Position numbers and translations under genes: made by a program. Under the pieces are notes generated by a model. That model ran no database searches. It had not been told where the DNA came from and saw nothing but the letters and a program-made list of their open reading frames with translations. From Yuukianura sp. NJ FZ-2021 (lineage: Eukaryota), in the NCBI GenBank assembly GCA_046563655.1, contig CM102287.1, positions 1,550,001 through 1,614,000 of the forward strand: a stretch of DNA of 64,000 bases, given 5' to 3'. Below, piece by piece: positions 42,443 to 50,432 of this stretch. Within the stretch, counting starts at the first letter, position 1. Each line of letters starts with the position of its first letter.

Positions 42443-43804
42443 TGTGAGAGCACAAAAACAGAGCGTCACTTCACAAAGAGCCCTGGACGGCATACGCCAT
42501 CTAGTGAGATTTTGAGTGAAACCTCTGGAAAGATTTCACTCAAAATTCAAACCAAAACTGTTCCCGCACTTTACCGCCGCAGCACCCAGTACTTTTCCAA
42601 GCAAACAGATAGACAAAACTTAAAACTAATTATTCAACTAATTAACGCTAATTACCTAAAACTAAACTATCCTAAAAATTAACTAAAATCCTAATCTACC
42701 TAAATCACTAAACTTCCGTTACCTATCAACTACCTAAACTACCTTAATTAATGGTTGAATGTGCATGGACAAGCATGCCTTTTGGCCTAGAAAGGAGACC
42801 TTGGCCTGCCTTTCCACTGCCAGGCATGCCTTTTCGAGTACACATTGAACCAGGGGGAACCGCTGCTGAATTGATGCTTGAAGGACGACCGGGGACTACT
42901 ACAGGTATTTGCAGAGGTGGCTGGCTTCCAGCCTGCTGCAAGGTGATAGGTTGCTCGGGGTGATCCGGAGCGCCACTTAAAGTTTTCACGTTAAAATCTT
43001 TCGTCGTTAAAGTTTCGTCGTTAAAGTTTTTCACGTTTTCTTTCGCGTTTTCGGTTTTCTGTTCTTTTGTTCACCTTCAGTGACGGGAACTGCGCGTAAT
43101 TCAATTTACTTTTTGTTTCATTCAACGCGCATTAACTGGTAATTGTTTTAAATCAGTTTTCCATCAATTCAAATCAGTTTTAATCAGTTTTTCTCAGTTT
43201 AACTCGGTTTTTCTCAGTTTTTTCCAATTAATTCAATCAATTAACGCTACGCACGCGTACGCGGGTTTTCTAATTAGGATTGTCTCTGGTATTTGAACTC
43301 TGTTTTGCTCACACATTCAATTGGGTCAAAGGTCATTCGTGTTTACGTTTATTTATCTTCGAATCAGCTGACTTCTGGAATTTCTCAATTTCTTTCAATC
43401 ATTTCAAATTCAATTTAAATTAACGAGTCATTAATTGGAGTTTTGGAGTTAAAGTCAATTAGCAATTAAGATTGATTAACTGGAGAGCTTTCTGATTGGT
43501 TAACGGTTTCACGAGTCGAGTTGTCATTTTCTTTGTTGGAAGTCAAAAGTCAAAGGTCAGAGGTCGAGGTCATTGGACTGCGAGGAGAGAGGCCAAATCT
43601 ACGTGCAAATTCTCAGGTTGTTGACCCTTCTGGAGTGTGAAGTGCCTTCTATCGGCCCTTAAGAAAGAAGAAACCCTTTCTTAAGGTGAAACTACTAAGG
43701 GCCCGTCAAGTAAACGTAAGGGATAGCGAACGGAAAGGGCGGGTTTCAGATTAGAGCCGGATTTGTAGCCCTTAATTGGCCACTGGAAAATTCGTATCCT
43801 TACA
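42443..43804 (+). repeat. 5' LTR (1362 bp)
   Basis: TGTGAGAGCAC...TATCCTTACA; direct repeat of 50433-51813. Confidence 0.97.
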
Positions 43805-43806
43805 AG

Positions 43807-43823
43807 TGGGGGCTCAGACGGGA
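43807..43823 (+). promoter_or_regulatory. Primer-binding site, tRNA-Pro-like
   Basis: TGGGGGCTCAGACGGGA lies 2 nt after the 5' LTR. It resembles the tRNA-Pro PBS TGGGGGCTCGTCCGGGAT of MLV, with 3 internal differences. Confidence 0.8.
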
Positions 43824-43882
43824 AACCTTGAGTAGTAGATAGAAGGAACTGACTGAGCAAAAGCGGAAGTAACAATACAAAA

Positions 43883-45322
43883 ATGGCGCCGCGAGGAAAG
43901 AAGAACAAAAGGGCCAGGGCGAGCGTTGACTTTGAGGAGGGGGAGAGTCAGGAGAGAGAATCACGCAGAGGTTCACGCAGTCGCCAGAGTACACCACCTC
44001 CGGCTTTACCTAAAGAACAACCAGTTGTTGACAATCACGTTTCTCAATTAAATGCTGTCGATGCCATGCGCAAAGACATGGACAAACTTAAAGAACAACT
44101 CTCCGGAGTTAATGAACTTAAAGATGATTTGAAAACAATGATGGCACAGTTGGCTTCTTTGTCACTTCCGGTTGCTGAGTCGCGGAATCCGTCTCGAGTC
44201 TTTACCGAGGGGAATTCGGATGAACTTTCGAGTGACGATGAACCCTCGAGTCGTTGCCGTCGGGATTCTTCGGCCAGGCGACCGTCCAAGTCAGGGAATG
44301 TGTTGAAGGGAGGCGACATTAAGGTTCCAAAGTACAGAGGCAGTAAGGACAGGGTTCAGCCGTACGATTTCATTCTGGAGCTCAAAAAATTTCAAAAGAG
44401 TAGGGAGTTGTCGGAGCAGCAGATGCTGGATTTGGTTCTGCCCATTTCCATGGAGGGAGATGCTTCCACGTGGTATCGCTTCATTTGTCATCGGTTATTT
44501 ACTTGGACGGATTTCTGCCGAGAATTCCGAAACAAGTTCGAACCAGCCGATTTCCAGCGTCAACTCTCCAAGGCCATTCTGGATCGGTACCAAGGTAAAG
44601 AAGAGCGACTAACTGACTACATCTTGGCCATGCGCAATCTCTACAACAAGCTGACCTTCTGTCCACCGGAAGAAGAGATTCTGAAGAACATTTGGACACT
44701 TCTACACCCAGATTCTCGTCGCAGACTTGAACAAACTGGAAAACGTTACCGAACTACAATGGAGCTTTACCAAGAAGCATGCAACGTGGAGAAGAGCATC
44801 GAGCAGGACAGGGCCTACAAGGAGCCGGCGACATTTTCTCACATTGATCCAGGATTGGCATTCGCAAAACCAGAACAGACTCAGAACCGACAAGACGACA
44901 ACCGGGGACAACCCCGCAGAGATCATGCTCCCCGCTATCAGAATCAGGGTACTCAGGGCACGCAGGGCTACCAAACTCAGGGACAGCGTCCAGAATCCAA
45001 GCCTGCGCAGACTCAGGACTTGCCAGTTACCAATTCGACACCAAGAACAGAGCAACCAAGGGCTCAAGCACAGCAGAACGGCATTCCTCCGGCAAACAGC
45101 TTCGTTCCTCGCGCCACTCAAGTTTTCAAACCAGCCTACGACCGTCTCTTGCCTCCGGACATGAGACCCAGTATCAATGGCACAGGAGCCGAAGTTCCGA
45201 ACAATTCTCAACACTGTTTCAACTGCAAGGAATCCGGGCATTGGCGCCGAGACTGTCCAAAGCTTCAGAGTACGTCACAGTCGTTGCCCTCGGGAAACGG
45301 CAAAACCCCGGGTCAGCAATAA
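43883..45322 (+). CDS. gag: Gag polyprotein (479 aa): retrotransposon capsid-like region and CCHC zinc knuckle
   Basis: Capsid-like segment (VPKYRGS...GDASTWY...TWTDFCREFRNKF...YQGKEERLTDY) and CFNCKESGHWRRDC. Confidence 0.95.
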   Translation: MAPRGKKNKRARASVDFEEGESQERESRRGSRSRQSTPPPALPKEQPVVDNHVSQLNAVDAMRKDMDKLKEQLSGVNELKDDLKTMMAQLASLSLPVAESRNPSRVFTEGNSDELSSDDEPSSRCRRDSSARRPSKSGNVLKGGDIKVPKYRGSKDRVQPYDFILELKKFQKSRELSEQQMLDLVLPISMEGDASTWYRFICHRLFTWTDFCREFRNKFEPADFQRQLSKAILDRYQGKEERLTDYILAMRNLYNKLTFCPPEEEILKNIWTLLHPDSRRRLEQTGKRYRTTMELYQEACNVEKSIEQDRAYKEPATFSHIDPGLAFAKPEQTQNRQDDNRGQPRRDHAPRYQNQGTQGTQGYQTQGQRPESKPAQTQDLPVTNSTPRTEQPRAQAQQNGIPPANSFVPRATQVFKPAYDRLLPPDMRPSINGTGAEVPNNSQHCFNCKESGHWRRDCPKLQSTSQSLPSGNGKTPGQQ

Positions 45323-48300
45323 GTCCAGCTCCGATCCGGGGAAATCTCCTAACTTCCGTAGCTCCAGATCATCTTACCAATTCCGTTTCAAACTGCAATA
45401 CAGCCGAATCTTTGAGTACCGAAGTAGAGAATTCTCCACCAATAGTTTCTGTCAAAATTCTGAATCAGGCCTTCGAAGCATTGTTAGACACTGGATCGTC
45501 AATTTCTCTTGTGGGAGGTCAAATTTTGCATCTCGTTAAAACATTCAACATTCGTCTTCTAAAATCTCCTCATTCTATTCGTCAGGCAGCGGGTACTTTC
45601 ATCACAGATGAAGCAGTTGACCTCACAGTGGAGTGGCAGGGAGGAAAGTGTAAGCAGCATTTTGTCGTTAGTCCTAATTTGTCTCGTTCTGTGGTCTTGG
45701 GCAGAGATTTTCTTTCAAAGTTTAACGCCGGGGTTTTTCCTTCTGGGTGGTTGATCGGGAGTGATGACCAGCCCAAGTTTTCTTTTTCAAAATCCGAAAC
45801 TGCATTCGATTCAGACCCAAAGAATCTTCCAAATCATGCCAATTCAAAAACCAAAACGTCTCGTCGTCGGAGTGGGCTCAACAGGGGGACCACGAGTGAG
45901 CGCCCTACTGTAGGAAATGTTGGGAAGGGCGGTGATGTGACTCGCACTCATGCGCAGACCCAGGAGTCTGGCACGACGGTGGTCTCCGCTTCCCACTCTT
46001 CTTCGTTGGAGTTGTCAGGTAGTTCGGGCAATGGTCTGCTGGACATGCCGTTCTCAAATTGTGGTTTAGATGAGGGAGATGAGCTTTTGGAGTGCTCCTT
46101 GTCTGAGGGTCTTGAGAATGTTGAACTAATCGACGACTTAATGAAGGGCGTTGACCTTCCGGTTGATCACTCGAGGGAACTGCGGGGAATTATCTCAGAT
46201 TTTTCCAGTATTTTCACGAAAAAGCCGGGTTTCTGTTCTGTTTTTGAGCACCGAATCGACACTGGAGACGCAAAACCGATTTTCTGTCACCCTCGCCCTA
46301 TGACCTCAGTTAAACGAGACATTTTGCTGGACGAACTTGACAAACTGATTGCGAACGACTTGGTGGAGCCAGCGAGAAGTCCTTGGGCTTCCCACGTGCT
46401 ACTGACTCCAAAGAAGAATGGCAGTTTCCGGTTCTGTGTGGACTACCGGGAAGTCAATGCAGTCACGAAGGACGACAAGTACCCAATGCCAAGAATAGAC
46501 GACATTCTCTGTTATCTCTCTCAAGGTCACGTAATGTCAAAGTTTGATCTCTCAGATGGGTTTTTTCAAATCGGTGTGGCGGTCGAGGACCGGCCTAAGA
46601 CAGCTTTCATTACCCCTCGGGGTCTTTACCAATTTAAAAGAACGCCACAAGGGATGAAAAACTCCCCGGCAACGTTCCAAAGAGCCATGGACATGGTGAT
46701 GGACAAGTTGAGATTTAATTGTGTCCTTGGATTTTTCGATGATTTCTTGGTTTTCTCAAAGACGGTAGAAGAACACATGATTCATCTACGTGCTTTCTTT
46801 AAAACAATGTTTGAAGCAGGATTTACCATAAATCCGAAAAAAGTAGCGTTTTGTAAATCTGAAATTGACTTTCTTGGCTATGTCATTGAGGCGGGCAAAT
46901 GTCGTCCCCACCCTGACAAAGTCTCAGCCTTAACGAATTATCAAATTCCTCGAAACGTTAAAGACATTCAAAGATTTTTGGGATTCACTGGATACTATCG
47001 CCAGTTTGTCCCTGATTTCTCCATTAAAGCTGCTCCACTTTCTAAACTTCTTCGGAAGTCTGAAACTTTCAAATGGACTAAAGAATGCCAAGAGGGCTTT
47101 GATTATTTGCGGAAAACACTCCAGTCACAAGTCGAACTCAGTCTACCAGATTTGTCAAAGCCATTTTCAATTCAATGCGATGCCAGCGGACTCGGAATCG
47201 GTGCAGTACTACTCCAAGAGACAGAACAAGGAAGATCTCCAGTTTGGTTCATCAGCCGGAAGCTCAACGGGGCAGAGCTGAATTACTCCATCACAGAGAA
47301 GGAATGTCTCGCCGTAATCTACGCCGTCAAGAAATTCAAAGCGTACCTGGAATTTACCGAATTCACAATCGAAACCGATCATCAAGCGCTGACGTGGCTG
47401 CAGAAAATCAAAGAACCGACGGGACGATTGGCTAGGTGGGCTCTTGAGCTCCAAGGCTACAAGTATCAGATCAAGTACAGGTCAGGCGCACTCAACAGAA
47501 CAGCAGATGCTCTTTCTCGTGCCTTCGAAGTCCTCACACTGGAATCCGACTACATTCCGAACAAAGACGAACTAGCTCATGCACAAATTCAAGACGCAGA
47601 ACTGGGACCAATCATCAAATTTTTGAAGAACGAAGAATTGCCGGCTACGAACTCCAGAGACCACAACAACTACATTGTCCGCCGCGCAGAATCCGCTTTT
47701 GTTGACGAATCTGGCTGTTTGTACAAGTACATTGGGAACATTCACTGTCCGTGGGAAGACGACGGAACCCATTGGCGACTTTGGATTCCACATTCACTCA
47801 GAGAGACTTGCCTACGTCACTTTCATTCCAGTAAAATCGGTGGCCATCTTGGAACATCGAAAACTTACTTGAAGTTGGAGAAAAGAGTCTGGTGGAAGTC
47901 CATGCGCAAAGATACTCAAAATTTCGTCAAAAGTTGTGAAGACTGCCAACTCGCAAAAGCCTGGAAGGTGAAGCCAGCAGGATTTGGGACATCTCCAAAA
48001 GTCAAGCGGCCGTGGGAAAACCTCTACATTGATTTGATGGGCCCTTACACCAGAAGTTCGTTTCAAAACAAGTTTCTTCTCGTCGTGGTTGACAATTTTA
48101 CAAAATGGGTCGAGCTCTTTCCTCTGCGAAGCGGAACAGCAGACGTCGTCACCAAGAAACTTTGGCAAGTTTTCTGTCGCTGGGGATTTCCTTCCACCAT
48201 TGTTGCCGACAACGGACCAGCATTCGGGAAAAGTAACGTGTACAAAGACTTCTGCAAATCTTTTGGTGTCAACGCTCTCTTCATTCCACCTTACCATCCT

Positions 48301-49926
48301 CAACCAAACGTGACTGAGAGATACAACGAAACTTTAAAGTCAATGATAGTTGCGACTATCGAAAAATGTAAAGAATGGGACAGATACTTGGCAGAATTAA
48401 GCTTCGCGCTCAATTCAAGTGTCAATCAAACCATGAAATTTTCTCCAGCTTACTTAAATTTTGGACGGGAGTTGAGAACTCCGTTTGACAATGTTTTGGA
48501 AATTGCGAGTGGTCAAAGTAGTGACACTCAGGAAATGGCTGAAAGAATGAATTACGTTTGGGAATTGGCGAAAGCTAATCAACTTTCTTCTCAAAAAGAT
48601 TACATGTCACAGTACAACAAAAAGAGAAAAGAAGTGACTTATGAGATTGGAGATTTGATTCTGCGTAAATCAAGGGTGTTGTCGAACGCTGCGAAAGGAA
48701 TCACTGCCTCTCTCATGAACAAGTTCGAAGGTCCTTTTGTTGTCGCGGGAAAGAAAAATGAGACAATCCTAATGTTAAACTCAATTGGCGCGAACGAATT
48801 TGTTGGTGAAGTCCATGTTTCTGATTGCCGACCTTTCTATTGTTGCTTCCAGAATGAGCAATCTGAATCCGAACATGATTGTCGGGGGGATTCGACTTGG
48901 GGATTTGGTAATTCCACCAGTGCCGACACGAGAGCCACCTCCAATTGCATTCCCAGTGAATCCGAGCCAGTCCCAGCCTCAACCTCCACCGCCAATTCTT
49001 CCAACGTACTACGCTCCTCCTCCGAAGAAACACAAATTTGTGAGCCGATCCTCAGCACTTCGAGATGCGAAAAAGGCCGATGCCTTCAACACTGCGAGAA
49101 ATCCCAGATGGCAGACCGGGACAATCAAAGTCCAGAATTTCAATTTCAAAACGATGAACGACCACTGGCTCCAGCGTCCTCCTTCCTTCTGTATCGACCC
49201 AGGTGTGATCTCGATTTCCTTCTCCAACGAACCAGGCAAAGATGTGTACAAGAGAGACTTGACTGTTCGCGCTCCAGCCTGGGTGACGACAGATCGGCCT
49301 TACATTCAGCCAAAGGCATACGAACCACCAAAGAAACGCAGCCAAGGACTTCCAATCCGTCAAGTTCAGAAAATCATGGATGTTTTCGAGGCAGAACAGA
49401 AGCAGAAACAAGAAGATGCTCCAATGAATACCTGGCTGAAGTTCGGAGTTCCCAAGGAGAGACAGGTCGAAGCGCTTGTGAACATGGAGGAGTTTTTGGA
49501 GAAGAAGCGGAAGGAAGAACTAGAGCAGCAAAAGCCAGCCAAATTGTCGGCAGTAGCTCAAGCCGCGAAGCAGAAGGCAGCTCTGGAACGGAGGCAGATT
49601 GCCAAGAAAGCTCGACTTCGATCTCCAAGTCCTCCACAGTTCGACCTCTTTGCTCAGCCTCTCAAGTTGACTACTGCCAAAAACCCAAAGACAGTCCAGT
49701 CCAAGTTGTCAGTTCCGGTGAAGCAGATTCCATCATCTACCATTACTTCAGCCGACCTTCCGGTTCCAATGACGGTTCCAAGAACTTCCAAGTCTCCTCC
49801 AAAGAAGAAGCCAGAAGCCACCATCACTCGCCCAGAAGCCCCAATCACTCACCTAGAAGTCCCAAAAGCGGCCCCAATCATTCCATGGGTGAAAATCAAG
49901 AAGGAGAAGGGTATGACCCAGGCTGA
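45241..49926 (+). CDS. pol: Pol polyprotein (protease, RT, RNase H, integrase, plus ~350-aa C-terminal extension), probably made as Gag-Pol by frameshift near 45298
   Basis: Protease LLDTGS; RT FRFCVDYR, FDLSDGFFQI, PQGMKNSPATFQ, FFDD; RNase H CDASGLGIGAVL, NYSITEKECLA, TDHQAL; integrase H..GH..CEDC, IDLMGP, VADNG, TERYN and a GPF motif. No internal stops. Confidence 0.97.
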   Translation: MAPRLSKASEYVTVVALGKRQNPGSAISPAPIRGNLLTSVAPDHLTNSVSNCNTAESLSTEVENSPPIVSVKILNQAFEALLDTGSSISLVGGQILHLVKTFNIRLLKSPHSIRQAAGTFITDEAVDLTVEWQGGKCKQHFVVSPNLSRSVVLGRDFLSKFNAGVFPSGWLIGSDDQPKFSFSKSETAFDSDPKNLPNHANSKTKTSRRRSGLNRGTTSERPTVGNVGKGGDVTRTHAQTQESGTTVVSASHSSSLELSGSSGNGLLDMPFSNCGLDEGDELLECSLSEGLENVELIDDLMKGVDLPVDHSRELRGIISDFSSIFTKKPGFCSVFEHRIDTGDAKPIFCHPRPMTSVKRDILLDELDKLIANDLVEPARSPWASHVLLTPKKNGSFRFCVDYREVNAVTKDDKYPMPRIDDILCYLSQGHVMSKFDLSDGFFQIGVAVEDRPKTAFITPRGLYQFKRTPQGMKNSPATFQRAMDMVMDKLRFNCVLGFFDDFLVFSKTVEEHMIHLRAFFKTMFEAGFTINPKKVAFCKSEIDFLGYVIEAGKCRPHPDKVSALTNYQIPRNVKDIQRFLGFTGYYRQFVPDFSIKAAPLSKLLRKSETFKWTKECQEGFDYLRKTLQSQVELSLPDLSKPFSIQCDASGLGIGAVLLQETEQGRSPVWFISRKLNGAELNYSITEKECLAVIYAVKKFKAYLEFTEFTIETDHQALTWLQKIKEPTGRLARWALELQGYKYQIKYRSGALNRTADALSRAFEVLTLESDYIPNKDELAHAQIQDAELGPIIKFLKNEELPATNSRDHNNYIVRRAESAFVDESGCLYKYIGNIHCPWEDDGTHWRLWIPHSLRETCLRHFHSSKIGGHLGTSKTYLKLEKRVWWKSMRKDTQNFVKSCEDCQLAKAWKVKPAGFGTSPKVKRPWENLYIDLMGPYTRSSFQNKFLLVVVDNFTKWVELFPLRSGTADVVTKKLWQVFCRWGFPSTIVADNGPAFGKSNVYKDFCKSFGVNALFIPPYHPQPNVTERYNETLKSMIVATIEKCKEWDRYLAELSFALNSSVNQTMKFSPAYLNFGRELRTPFDNVLEIASGQSSDTQEMAERMNYVWELAKANQLSSQKDYMSQYNKKRKEVTYEIGDLILRKSRVLSNAAKGITASLMNKFEGPFVVAGKKNETILMLNSIGANEFVGEVHVSDCRPFYCCFQNEQSESEHDCRGDSTWGFGNSTSADTRATSNCIPSESEPVPASTSTANSSNVLRSSSEETQICEPILSTSRCEKGRCLQHCEKSQMADRDNQSPEFQFQNDERPLAPASSFLLYRPRCDLDFLLQRTRQRCVQERLDCSRSSLGDDRSALHSAKGIRTTKETQPRTSNPSSSENHGCFRGRTEAETRRCSNEYLAEVRSSQGETGRSACEHGGVFGEEAEGRTRAAKASQIVGSSSSREAEGSSGTEADCQESSTSISKSSTVRPLCSASQVDYCQKPKDSPVQVVSSGEADSIIYHYFSRPSGSNDGSKNFQVSSKEEARSHHHSPRSPNHSPRSPKSGPNHSMGENQEGEGYDPG
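45292..45341 (+). promoter_or_regulatory. -1 programmed ribosomal frameshift signal
   Basis: G GGA AAC heptamer at 45292-45298, in gag phase. After a 7-nt spacer, CCCCGGGTC (45306-45314) pairs with GATCCGGGG (45333-45341). Pol is in the -1 frame. Confidence 0.88.
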
Positions 49927-50179
49927 GGCTCCCAGACGACCTCCGAAGCTTTCCCGAGCCGACGTTGCAGATGATGACCTTCTGGAGAAGTGGAACTTCG
50001 GCGATGGAGTCAGCGCCTTCCTTCATCCTGCACTCCACCGTGGAATTGAGACGCTGACTCAAATCGAGGGATTGGAAGTTCTGGAGAAAGAGGGTAGAGA
50101 TAACTTCAGGATCAATGGAAAAATTCGAATGATGAAGAAGGAGAAATTTGGGTTCAAGGACTCGGATGAAGACGATTGA
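48854..50179 (+). CDS. ORF3: basic, Pro/Lys-rich accessory protein of unknown function (~441 aa from ATG 48854; frame open from 48785), not env-like
   Basis: Long ORF in the env position, overlapping pol in the +1 frame. No signal peptide or transmembrane segment is evident. It has several NLS-like clusters (PPKKHK, PPKKRS, PPKKKP) and is followed by an AT-rich 3'UTR. Confidence 0.75.
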   Translation: MSNLNPNMIVGGIRLGDLVIPPVPTREPPPIAFPVNPSQSQPQPPPPILPTYYAPPPKKHKFVSRSSALRDAKKADAFNTARNPRWQTGTIKVQNFNFKTMNDHWLQRPPSFCIDPGVISISFSNEPGKDVYKRDLTVRAPAWVTTDRPYIQPKAYEPPKKRSQGLPIRQVQKIMDVFEAEQKQKQEDAPMNTWLKFGVPKERQVEALVNMEEFLEKKRKEELEQQKPAKLSAVAQAAKQKAALERRQIAKKARLRSPSPPQFDLFAQPLKLTTAKNPKTVQSKLSVPVKQIPSSTITSADLPVPMTVPRTSKSPPKKKPEATITRPEAPITHLEVPKAAPIIPWVKIKKEKGMTQAEAPRRPPKLSRADVADDDLLEKWNFGDGVSAFLHPALHRGIETLTQIEGLEVLEKEGRDNFRINGKIRMMKKEKFGFKDSDEDD

Positions 50180-50419
50180 AGACATCGTTTCCTTTTCCAG
50201 TTAATGGTCATTTTTCAAATTAATTCTATCTTGTTTCCTTGCCTTCTAAGTTAGTACTCAAGAGGATTCTTCAAGTTTTTCAATTTATTCAATTATAAAT
50301 TCAGTTCTAAGTAAGAAATACTTAAATTTTTCCAAACAATTTAGAGTCACAGTTACTTTGTAAATAGTATTAGAGTCTGCTAAATAATATTTCTCAACAC
50401 GATGACTTTCGGGCCAATT

Positions 50420-50431
50420 GGAGGGGGGAAG
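50420..50431 (+). promoter_or_regulatory. Polypurine tract
   Basis: GGAGGGGGGAAG, 1 nt before the 3' LTR. Confidence 0.92.
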
Positions 50432-50432
50432 T

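Noticed and set aside
42900..42940. Minus-strand peptide RLEASHLCK resembling a His-Cys box endonuclease motif
   Set aside because: Two stops follow within a few codons and the downstream C..NP.HL motif is absent, so this is a chance match.
42962..42976. Minus-strand TGGCGCTCCGG as a second PBS
   Set aside because: It is not preceded by an LTR CA end, and the tRNA match is too short.
43640..43710. Hammerhead ribozyme in the LTR hairpin region or the MITE
   Set aside because: GAAAC is present but there is no correctly placed CUGANGA core.
48840..49926. Chromodomain at the integrase C-terminus
   Set aside because: No Y.VE.I...YLVKW.G-like motif is visible in the pol frame.
48785..50179. ORF3 as env
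   Set aside because: No signal peptide, transmembrane anchor or Cys-rich ectodomain; the composition is basic and Pro-rich.
44044..50185. Short antisense and alternate-frame ORFs within gag, pol and ORF3
   Set aside because: Shadows of the main ORFs with no motifs.
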